A stretch of DNA of 46,809 bases from an uncultured Candidatus Saccharibacteria bacterium (lineage in GTDB: Bacteria; Patescibacteriota; Minisyncoccia; UBA6257; GWB1-50-10), in assembly GCA_964366055.1 (NCBI GenBank), contig CAYISE010000003.1, positions 1 through 46,809 on the forward strand, in the 5' to 3' direction. A program made the position numbers and the translations under genes. This document shows positions 22,634-30,640 of this stretch, one piece after another (within the stretch, counting starts at the first letter, position 1; every line of letters starts with the position of its first letter). The notes under the pieces are model-generated. The model was not told the DNA's origin. It did no database searches and saw only the letters and a program-made list of their open reading frames with translations.

Positions 22634-23269
22634 ATGGCTGACATTCCAAAACCATCTCAACAATTCGTCCCGATAAAAGAGATTAAAAACGGGATTCTTT
22701 ATCTGAAAAATGGCGGTCTCCGTCAGTTGTTGATTGTGAGCGGGATTAACTTTGAACTGAAATCCGAAACCGAGCAAAATTTGATTTTGGGCGGCTTTCA
22801 GAATTTCCTGAACGCGCTGGACTTCTCCGTCCAGTTCTTCATCCACTCCCGAAAAGTGAACGTGGACGGATACCTCGCGAAGATGGGGGAGCGGAAAACC
22901 GAGGAATCAAACGAGCTCCTGAAAATCCAAATTGACGAATACATAAATTTCATCCGGAGCTTTGTGGACCAGAACGCCATCATCAGCAAAACATTCTTCG
23001 CGGTCGTTCCCTACGACCCCGCGGGTTTGCCGACCGCCACTAAGGGGTTTTTGGGACTTTTCAAAAAGAGCGCGCCCACGACCGAAAAAAATCTCACCGA
23101 AAAAGACAATTTGGAACAGCTCCAGCACCGCGTGGAACAAGTTACGGAGGGGCTGAACCAAATCGGCCTCCGGGCCGCCCCGCTCGGGAACGAGGAGACC
23201 ACGGAACTGTTTTATAATTTGTATAATCCGCAATTGGTTGATAAAAAAACTTTAAATATAGCCAAATAA
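22634..23269 (+). CDS. virB4: VirB4-like ATPase, N-terminal domain encoded as a separate ORF
   Basis: QFVPIKEIKNGILYLKNGGLRQLLIVSGINFELKSETEQ resembles the N-terminus of Gram-positive VirB4/TraE/PrgJ proteins. Ends with TAA TAA. Confidence 0.6.
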   Translation: MADIPKPSQQFVPIKEIKNGILYLKNGGLRQLLIVSGINFELKSETEQNLILGGFQNFLNALDFSVQFFIHSRKVNVDGYLAKMGERKTEESNELLKIQIDEYINFIRSFVDQNAIISKTFFAVVPYDPAGLPTATKGFLGLFKKSAPTTEKNLTEKDNLEQLQHRVEQVTEGLNQIGLRAAPLGNEETTELFYNLYNPQLVDKKTLNIAK

Positions 23270-23273
23270 TAAA

Positions 23274-25031
23274 ATGGATATCAAAATTCCCAAAGCGTAC
23301 AAGCCCGGTGCGGAAGATGTTCCGAACATCATCGCGCCCGCCGGATTGGATATCAACAGCAATTATCTAAAAATCGGGGATTATTACACGAAAACCTTCT
23401 TCGTTTTCACCTACCCTCGCTATCTCTCCTCCAGCTGGTTTTCTTCCGTCATCAATCTACCGGAGATGATGGATATTTCCATTTTTATTCATCCGATGGA
23501 CACCGCGCTCGCGCTCCGAAATCTCCGCAAAAAAGTGGCCCAGATAGAGGCGGAGGTCAGCGAAAAAGAGGAGAAGGGAATCGTCCGGGACCCGGTGCTG
23601 GAAACCGCCTATCAGGATGTGGAGTCATTGAGAGACGCGCTTCAGCAGGCGAGGGAAAAACTTTTTGAGGTCGGTATTTATTACACCCTCTACAGCCAAA
23701 CCCAGGAAGAACTAGCGAGAATGGAAGACCGGGTGACCAACCTTTTGGAAAGCCGGCTGGTTTATGTGAAACCCGCCCTCTTCAAACAAAAGGAGGGGCT
23801 GACCTCGGTTTTCCCTCTGGGGAAAGACGAATTGGAAATTAAAACCCCCCTGAACACCGGTCCGGCCTCCTCCATCTTCCCCTTCGTCTCGCCGGACCTT
23901 TCCTCGGAAAACGGAATAATGTTCGGCATCAACATGCACAACAACGGTCTGATAATCTTTGACCGATTTTCGCTGGAAAACGCCAATATGGTTGTCTTCG
24001 CCAAGGCCGGCGCCGGCAAATCCTACGCCATCAAACTCCAAATTTTAAGGTCTCTGATGACGGGAACCAACATAATTGTGATTGACCCGGAAAACGAGTA
24101 TCAAAATCTCGCCAATGCCATCGGTGGCAGTTATTTCAAAATCTCGCTCACCTCCCAAAGCCACGTCAATCCCTTTGACATCCCGATTATGCCGGAGGGG
24201 GAGGAGCCGGCCGACGTTTTTAAGTCCCACATTTTGAATCTCACCGGTCTCGTGAAACTGATGCTCGGGGAAATCAAACCCGAAGAAGAGGCGCTCCTGG
24301 ACCGGGCCATTACCGAGACCTACGCCTCGCGCGACATCACCGCCGAGAACTTCGGTTCCATTAAAGAATTGAATCCGCCGCGATTGGAGGACCTGCAGGT
24401 GATTTTAGAAAACACGGAGGGGGGACGAACGCTCGCCCAGCGGCTGGATAAGTTCACCCACGGCTCCTACGCGGGCTTCACCAACGCGCCCACGAACGTG
24501 GATATCAAGAACCGCCTGATTGTTTTCTCCATCCGCGACCTGGAGGAAGAACTCCGTCCCATCGCGATGTACATCGTCCTGAACTTCGTTTGGAGCATGG
24601 TCCGTTCCGAATTAAAGCGGCGCCTGCTGGTGATAGACGAGGCGTGGTGGATGATGAAATACAAGGACTCCGCCTCTTTCCTTTTCGGTTTGGTCAAAAG
24701 GTGCCGCAAATATTATCTGGGGGTTACCACCATCACCCAGGACGTGGACGATTTCATAAAATCCGAGTACGGCCGGCCAATTATCACCAACTCCTCCATG
24801 CAGATACTTATGAAGCAGTCCCCATCAAGTATAGAAACCGTTTCCAAGGCCTTTGACCTGACCGACGGAGAAAAGACCTTTCTATTGGAGGCCGGCGTGG
24901 GCGAGGGACTTTTCTTCGCGGGCCTGAAGCATGTCGCCGTCAAAGTGATTGCCTCCTACACCGAGGACCAGATTATCACCACCAACCCCGAACAGATGTT
25001 GGAGATAAAAGGATTAAAAGAGGGAAAATGA
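23274..25031 (+). CDS. virB4: VirB4-like ATPase, C-terminal NTPase part
   Basis: Walker A VVFAKAGAGKSY, Walker B RRLLVIDEAWWMM, and ITQDVDDF. The two ORFs total 796 aa, which is the length of a full VirB4. Confidence 0.8.
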   Translation: MDIKIPKAYKPGAEDVPNIIAPAGLDINSNYLKIGDYYTKTFFVFTYPRYLSSSWFSSVINLPEMMDISIFIHPMDTALALRNLRKKVAQIEAEVSEKEEKGIVRDPVLETAYQDVESLRDALQQAREKLFEVGIYYTLYSQTQEELARMEDRVTNLLESRLVYVKPALFKQKEGLTSVFPLGKDELEIKTPLNTGPASSIFPFVSPDLSSENGIMFGINMHNNGLIIFDRFSLENANMVVFAKAGAGKSYAIKLQILRSLMTGTNIIVIDPENEYQNLANAIGGSYFKISLTSQSHVNPFDIPIMPEGEEPADVFKSHILNLTGLVKLMLGEIKPEEEALLDRAITETYASRDITAENFGSIKELNPPRLEDLQVILENTEGGRTLAQRLDKFTHGSYAGFTNAPTNVDIKNRLIVFSIRDLEEELRPIAMYIVLNFVWSMVRSELKRRLLVIDEAWWMMKYKDSASFLFGLVKRCRKYYLGVTTITQDVDDFIKSEYGRPIITNSSMQILMKQSPSSIETVSKAFDLTDGEKTFLLEAGVGEGLFFAGLKHVAVKVIASYTEDQIITTNPEQMLEIKGLKEGK

Positions 25032-25369
25032 ACAAATATAAAAAAATAGGCGAGGCGGAAATGATTATCGGGATAGGTTTATCCTTTCTGGTTTATTTTT
25101 TCTGTTTTCTTTTAGATTTTACAGGAATCGGGGCGGTGATCACGCCATTTATAGAAAGCTTTTTCACCTTCGGGACATGGCTGTTTTTCAAAAACAAGGG
25201 CGACCCCTTCGCCAACAGGGTTGGCGCGAATATCGCCCAATATGCCGCGAATTTGATTCCCTTCATACCGTCAATCGTGATTGCTTTTATAACCAAGGTT
25301 TATATCCATAATCATCCCAAAACCCTCGCCGCGGCGGGAAAGGTCGCGGGCGCGGCGACAAAAATATAA
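25028..25369 (+). CDS. Hypothetical small polytopic membrane protein (113 aa)
   Basis: Three hydrophobic segments. ATGA overlap with virB4. Confidence 0.5.
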   Translation: MNKYKKIGEAEMIIGIGLSFLVYFFCFLLDFTGIGAVITPFIESFFTFGTWLFFKNKGDPFANRVGANIAQYAANLIPFIPSIVIAFITKVYIHNHPKTLAAAGKVAGAATKI

Positions 25370-25370
25370 A

Positions 25371-26054
25371 ATGAATATTTTAAAGATTATTGCCTGCGGA
25401 GGACTGGTTATGACGCTGGTTTTTATCCCACTTAAATCCGTGGCTCAAACAACCGTCAATCCGCTCATCATCACCTGGCAAGCCAATAATTACTTTCCCG
25501 CCGACTACAATGGCAAGGCGCTTGTGACCCCCAACACTCTCGTTATCGCCTCGGCGGAATTAGTCCAGAACGGCAAGCTCGCGGACATCACCGGGGCCGA
25601 CATCCGCTGGTATGTGGGCAATGAGCTGGCGGCGAGCGGCGCGGGTTTCAAGACCCTGTCCTTTTCCGCCCAACAGCGGCCGACAGGTTATCAGGCGCTC
25701 CGGGTTTCAATAAAATCCGGCAACAGCTCATTTGAAAATTCAATCCAAATTCCGATCTCCCAGCCGAACGTGGTGATAAGCATTCCTTCTCTGGGAAAAA
25801 CGGCGAAAGCGGGAAGCCAGATTACCCTTCAAGCTATTCCCTTCTTCTTCAACGCCGACTCCCTCCGGTATCTCACATTTGACTGGCAGATAAACAACCG
25901 GAGAGTGACCGGCGAGGGGAATAAAGTCACTGTGAAGGTGGGGACGCCACAGTCGGTTTATCAAAATTCAATTCCGGTTTCGGTGACGGTCCAGAATTCC
26001 GATAATCCCTATGAATTCAACAAGGGTTTTATAATGCTGTCCATAATCCAATGA
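25371..26054 (+). CDS. Hypothetical secreted protein with two beta-rich repeats
   Basis: Signal peptide (...IPLKSVAQT) followed by two similar roughly 90-aa segments. No family recognised. Confidence 0.55.
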   Translation: MNILKIIACGGLVMTLVFIPLKSVAQTTVNPLIITWQANNYFPADYNGKALVTPNTLVIASAELVQNGKLADITGADIRWYVGNELAASGAGFKTLSFSAQQRPTGYQALRVSIKSGNSSFENSIQIPISQPNVVISIPSLGKTAKAGSQITLQAIPFFFNADSLRYLTFDWQINNRRVTGEGNKVTVKVGTPQSVYQNSIPVSVTVQNSDNPYEFNKGFIMLSIIQ

Positions 26055-27751
26055 AATTCGGAAAAATAATCCTGCTGTTTTCAATTCTCGGCTTTTTGTT
26101 TTTCTCGGCCGGAGAATTTTACGCCCGTGCGGCGGAATCGAAGCCAATCGTGAATGTGGATTTTCCGTGCCCGAGCGGTTTGGGTTTGGGAGATTGCCAG
26201 CCGACCACCGACATCCCGAGTTATCTCAACAACCTCTATAAATTCGCGGTCGGAATCGCGGGACTCCTGGCTTTGGGAATGATTGTCGCGGGCGGGGTCT
26301 ATTACACCGTCTCGGCCGGCAGCGGCGACAAACAGCGGGAGGCGAAGAGTATGATTACCTCCGCCCTTTTGGGCGTGGCGCTTCTTTTGGGGTCTTATCT
26401 GGTTTTAAACACCGTTAATCCGCAAATCACCACGTTAAAATTACCGGAATTAGAAAATATAACCGCCACCTCAAATCTAGCCGCCGAGGGCGTTCAGACA
26501 ACACCAAATGAGTGCGTAGACCCCTCGGATAAAACGTTTAATAGCATTCCATCTTATCCTCGCAACACAAGCACGGAAAACTGCGCCTATCGCAAAATGA
26601 TAATCAAGGATTCTATTTCAATCAGCAGTGATTTTGATCTTTTCTATGACGAAGGCGAAACTATCCCCGCCGGGGCGACCATCTGGCAATATCCGTATTT
26701 CATCGGCCAAAGCGTCGTACTCTTTAACGGACTCCCCGGTAACGTCAGTCAAATGGCCGGTTCCTCCCACGCGCAATGCTTGATTTACGCTTACAGAAAA
26801 CCCAACACCCCCAACACCCCTAAAGAGGAGCCGGTATTCATAGACCTCAAACCATTTCTAAGACTTTGCGCGCCACGCCAGCAATCCTTTAATGTAGCCC
26901 AAGCAACCTGTAATGACTGGACCTTTGAGGGTGTAAAAATAGGTGACCCACCAAGCGCAAAAGACATACGCCCGGTGCATGTGGACGCGAACTTCAACTG
27001 GAGCGATCCGGCGGTACGCCCCACGCGTACTGTTAATACCGCCACCACCAGAGACCCGGAAATTGAGGCAACACGTGACGGGATAGTAGATCCTAGCGTA
27101 AGGACGGCTATAACACAGTCGTCCATCACATTGCTTATCAATCCACCTGGCGTGACAGGTGTAGTATATAAAACGAAGAAATGGACATGCTACAACACTA
27201 CCTCTCCCGCCCCCGGGATTACTATCGGCGATGATTTGACACCCATTACAGATTCGGAAGCGCTCTTAATGGAGGGGGATGAGGGGAAGGGGGGCCAGAA
27301 GATTCTTTGGCCATCCTCCAATCCCAATCTTAAAATCGCTGTGGATGCCCTCAAAAACATCGCATCGCCGCTTGGGTATACCGTTACCGTTAACTCCGCC
27401 TATCGTCCCACGGCATACCAAGCGCACCTATATGAATTGAATGAACTTTGGAACAAATTGAGAGGCACGTTTCCCGCCGCTGCTTCCCCCGAAGCAGCGC
27501 TCAAAGATAAAATATATAATCACATGACAAATCACGCCCTTAGGACGGACGGTCAACAGGTTGTGGCAAGACCGGGAACATCGCCGCATGAAACGGGAAT
27601 CGGGGTTGACCTCTGTGTAACAAAGGGAGGCGGAGGATGTATCAAAGAATTAGATGGAATTAACGATTTATTAAGAACAAATAGAATTAATCTCCGATGG
27701 CAAAAAATCCAGTACGATGAGATTCACTTTAACTATTACACTTGGCCATAA
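26051..27751 (+). CDS. Fusion protein: T4SS-pilin-like (VirB2/TrbC-like) N-terminal domain plus C-terminal M15/VanY-like zinc peptidase domain
   Basis: The N-terminus has a signal peptide, then IPSYLNNLYKFAVGIAGLLALGMIVAGGVYYTVSAGSGDKQREAKSMITSALLGVALLLGSYLVLNTVNP, which is the CPR T4SS-pilin pattern. The C-terminus has NSAYRP, SPHETGIGVDL and DEIHFNY, matching LAS/M15 metallopeptidase motifs. Confidence 0.65.
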   Translation: MKFGKIILLFSILGFLFFSAGEFYARAAESKPIVNVDFPCPSGLGLGDCQPTTDIPSYLNNLYKFAVGIAGLLALGMIVAGGVYYTVSAGSGDKQREAKSMITSALLGVALLLGSYLVLNTVNPQITTLKLPELENITATSNLAAEGVQTTPNECVDPSDKTFNSIPSYPRNTSTENCAYRKMIIKDSISISSDFDLFYDEGETIPAGATIWQYPYFIGQSVVLFNGLPGNVSQMAGSSHAQCLIYAYRKPNTPNTPKEEPVFIDLKPFLRLCAPRQQSFNVAQATCNDWTFEGVKIGDPPSAKDIRPVHVDANFNWSDPAVRPTRTVNTATTRDPEIEATRDGIVDPSVRTAITQSSITLLINPPGVTGVVYKTKKWTCYNTTSPAPGITIGDDLTPITDSEALLMEGDEGKGGQKILWPSSNPNLKIAVDALKNIASPLGYTVTVNSAYRPTAYQAHLYELNELWNKLRGTFPAAASPEAALKDKIYNHMTNHALRTDGQQVVARPGTSPHETGIGVDLCVTKGGGGCIKELDGINDLLRTNRINLRWQKIQYDEIHFNYYTWP

Positions 27752-27757
27752 ACATCC

Positions 27758-28945
27758 ATGAAACCCTTCATCAAAATCGGCTTAATCATTTTTATCCTAA
27801 TCGTCGCGGGCCTGATTGTTTATTTTGTCTGGTCGGCTTTGGTGGCGCCTCCGCCGGAAATTCCGGCGCCTCCCGTGTCAAACGTGTCAAATCTCCCGAC
27901 CGCGCCATTAGAAGGAGAGGGGGAAATCAATCAACTCCCGGGCGAACCCAGTCCAACTCAAGTGATTCCCGCGCTCGCCAAAATTTCCGAGAACCCGGTC
28001 TTTGATTATTGGGTTGATTCCCAGACGCGGGAAGTTTACTATCTGAACCCCGAGGGCCAGATTTTCTCCGCCAAAAACGGCGAGGATTTACAGATTACCC
28101 AGCAGAAACTGAACGCCCCGAATTTCATTGAACTGTCGGGGAACGGCCAGCGGGTGCTGGCGGCCTTCGGCGACCCGCGCCTGCCCCAGTGGGGGATTTT
28201 TGACGTGATTGACAGGGCCTGGCGGCCTCTGCCAGATGGAATTTTGAACGCGACCTGGGGCGAGAACAGCAACACCCTCATTGGTTTCGTAAAAAACGGG
28301 AGCAATATAAATCTCTCAACCATCAACCTCTCCCAGGGCCAGCCCGTTTATAAGGTGATTGCGAAAGACCTTCGCCTCCAGGACGTAAAAATAACTTTTT
28401 CTCCCCCGAACGGCGTCATTATTCAGGAGAGGCCGTCCGTGAACTACCCGGTCCGGGTCTGGAGAATGAGTATCAAAGACCTGTCCTTCCATTCTCTTTT
28501 CTCTCCGGAAAACGGCCTCACGATAAAATTGTCCGGCGACAAGACGACCCTGCTCGCTTTTTCAAACAGTAACGGTTTCCGGATTCTAAATGCCGATACC
28601 CTGGGTCTTGTCTCCCCGGTGCCCTTTTCCACCCTGCCCGCCAAGTGCTCGCCCGACTCCGCGGTCATTTACTGCTTCGTCCCGAGCGACGATAACTTCA
28701 AAAAGGCCTCTCTGCCAGATGATTATCTTGAGCAGAAATTCTTTACCTCCGATTCTCTTTATAAAATTGACCTAATTACCGATGAGGTGGCTCCGGTCGC
28801 TATTCCTCAAAACGCGGCCCTGGGCCCGATTGACGCCAAAAACCCACTGGTAAACGGCGGAAAACTTTATTTTATAAACCAATATGACAACTCAATATAC
28901 GCGCTTAGCTTCGGGTTGGGACAAGACGGGATATTAGGCGATTAA
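27758..28945 (+). CDS. Hypothetical N-terminally anchored, beta-rich protein (395 aa)
   Basis: N-terminal TM, a Pro-rich linker and a long beta-rich domain. Last gene of the operon; its 3' end overlaps jag by 12 nt (convergent). Confidence 0.55.
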   Translation: MKPFIKIGLIIFILIVAGLIVYFVWSALVAPPPEIPAPPVSNVSNLPTAPLEGEGEINQLPGEPSPTQVIPALAKISENPVFDYWVDSQTREVYYLNPEGQIFSAKNGEDLQITQQKLNAPNFIELSGNGQRVLAAFGDPRLPQWGIFDVIDRAWRPLPDGILNATWGENSNTLIGFVKNGSNINLSTINLSQGQPVYKVIAKDLRLQDVKITFSPPNGVIIQERPSVNYPVRVWRMSIKDLSFHSLFSPENGLTIKLSGDKTTLLAFSNSNGFRILNADTLGLVSPVPFSTLPAKCSPDSAVIYCFVPSDDNFKKASLPDDYLEQKFFTSDSLYKIDLITDEVAPVAIPQNAALGPIDAKNPLVNGGKLYFINQYDNSIYALSFGLGQDGILGD

Positions 28946-29365
28946 CTGGATGACGATGTGGCGATCTTTTCCCACTCCCACGCTTTCGGTTTTTAAGTCG
29001 GGGTGAGTGGAAATCTCCACGTGAATCAGCCGGCGTTCGTAGGCATTCATGGCGGGGAGGGCCACCTCGCCTTTGGTTAAAATCGCTTTCTTCGCCGCGG
29101 CCTTCGCTAATTCAACAATTAATCGCTCTCGCTCCCGGCGGTAATAGTTAATGTCTAAAACATGGGCGGGAAGATTCTCGCGATGAGCGAACAAGCCCAC
29201 CAAATGTTCAATAGCCGGTAAAATCGTCGCCACGTTGGCGCGAATCAGTTCATCGTCCACCATCACCGATACTTTGCGGTGCTCGTCTTCCACCGTCACC
29301 TCGGCCTCCGGAAATCCCATTAGAGCGAGGAGGTTTTGAATTTTCTCTCTTAATTCCGTAGGCAT
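28934..29365 (-). CDS. jag: Jag/KhpB-like KH + R3H domain RNA-binding protein
   Basis: R3H motif YERRLIHVEIS. Conserved position downstream of yidC. Confidence 0.8.
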   Translation of the reverse strand: MPTELREKIQNLLALMGFPEAEVTVEDEHRKVSVMVDDELIRANVATILPAIEHLVGLFAHRENLPAHVLDINYYRRERERLIVELAKAAAKKAILTKGEVALPAMNAYERRLIHVEISTHPDLKTESVGVGKDRHIVIQLIA

Positions 29366-29479
29366 AGAGTCGTGGGATACTCTATACCTTCAGCGGATTT
29401 TTTTCAATCCCACGTACCAGCGGAGTATGTCAGCGAGGAGTATTATCCCTCCTTGTCTGCGGGGGCAGTTCTTTACGAC

Positions 29480-30163
29480 TCAAACACTTTCCGAAGCGGT
29501 TATTTTTTTATTGATGTAAAATTGCTGGCCGATGGAAAATAAATTTGAGACCGTCCAATAAAGACCAATGGCCGCGGGCAGATTAAACAGAACCACCACC
29601 GTGAGAATCGGCCCCGCGTACATCATGATTTTTTGATTGGCCGCCATCGGGTCCTTGGCGCTCTCCTTCTCCTGGGGGGGTTTTGAAACCATAATCATCC
29701 TGGTTTGGAGATATTGAAACAGGGCCGCCGCCACCGCCAAGAGCGCGCTTTTCTCATCCAAATTTATTAAACCCAAAAAAGACCGGCTTAAAAAGACCAG
29801 GGCGGAGATCTCCTTCGTAAAAATCCCAAAGAGCGCGATAAAAACCGGCAACTGCAAAATTATAAAGAAGATGCTGGAGAACGGGTTCACGCGGTGCTTT
29901 TTATAAAGCGCCATAAGTTCTTTGGCTTGCCGTTCCTTATTGTCCTTGTGATCCAGTTGAATTCTTTTCACGTGGGGCTGAATTTTCTGAATAATGGTCT
30001 GGTCTTTGGCGCCCTTATAAAAAATGGGGAGGAGTACCAACCGGACAAGAATCGTCAGAATGATTATCGCAAAACCAAGGTCGTGAAACGAGAGGTTTTG
30101 ATAAATAAAAACCAGGAGCCATAAAATCGGCTGATAAATGTAGGTGTTGAATAGCGCGGTCAT
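29480..30163 (-). CDS. yidC: Membrane protein insertase YidC (short Oxa1-type)
   Basis: FAIIILTILVRLVLLPI, KELMALYKKHRVNPFSS and LYWTVSNLFSIGQQ motifs. Confidence 0.92.
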   Translation of the reverse strand: MTALFNTYIYQPILWLLVFIYQNLSFHDLGFAIIILTILVRLVLLPIFYKGAKDQTIIQKIQPHVKRIQLDHKDNKERQAKELMALYKKHRVNPFSSIFFIILQLPVFIALFGIFTKEISALVFLSRSFLGLINLDEKSALLAVAAALFQYLQTRMIMVSKPPQEKESAKDPMAANQKIMMYAGPILTVVVLFNLPAAIGLYWTVSNLFSIGQQFYINKKITASESV

Positions 30164-30390
30164 TTTAAAATATGCTTCTTTAACTCGGCGAAGCCCAGTT
30201 TTTCCGTTGGTGGCTTGGCAATCACCAAAAAACTGCTCCCGGTTTTCTTTGAGACGGGGAGTAGGATTGACCGAATCCTTCTTTTTAAAAGATTGCGCTC
30301 GGTCGCCTTTTTAAATATCTCTTTGCCTACAATAACCGTCACGGGTCTGTTTTTGCGGTTGATGGACCTGGTTTTTATTATAAAACGCAC
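30160..30390 (-). CDS. rnpA: Ribonuclease P protein component RnpA (very short, 76 aa, GTG start)
   Basis: ATERNLLKRRIRSIL motif. Sits between rpmH and yidC. Overlaps yidC by 4 nt. Confidence 0.75.
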   Translation of the reverse strand: MRFIIKTRSINRKNRPVTVIVGKEIFKKATERNLLKRRIRSILLPVSKKTGSSFLVIAKPPTEKLGFAELKKHILK

Positions 30391-30391
30391 C

Positions 30392-30529
30392 TTAAACCGA
30401 GAGTTTTTTTCTGCTCCTTTGCCGGCGCCTCCGTAGAATGCTTCTTCCTCCCGGCGTGCGACTGCGTTTCAAAAAACCGTGCGTCCGGCCGCGTTTTCTT
30501 TTCTTTGATTGATACGTTCTTTTGGGCAT
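30392..30529 (-). CDS. rpmH: 50S ribosomal protein L34
   Basis: Not in the ORF track because it is under 60 aa. My translation of the - strand gives [45 protein letters not shown], followed by a stop. Confidence 0.93.
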   Translation of the reverse strand: MPKRTYQSKKRKRGRTHGFLKRSRTPGGRSILRRRRQRSRKKLSV

Positions 30530-30640
30530 TTAGGAGAATTATAAGCCGAGCCGATTTAAATGTCCATTATCAACAAGCCGTGCACAGTTAAATAACAAAA
30601 GACCGCTGGACGCCATTTGGCAATTTGAAAAAATCTCCCT

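Noticed and set aside
17329-28945. Integrative conjugative element or prophage-like island
   Set aside because: There is no integrase, relaxase, VirD4, tRNA attachment site or flanking direct repeats. The block is flanked by and overlaps core genes, and it uses the same tight ATGA coupling as the rest of the window.
29366-29479. Structured RNA or inverted repeat in the jag-yidC spacer (AGTCGT...ACGACT ends, GGAGTAT x2, GGGAT motifs)
   Set aside because: The complementary segments are only 5-6 nt long and interrupted, with no convincing fold or terminator. It is mentioned only in the origin finding.
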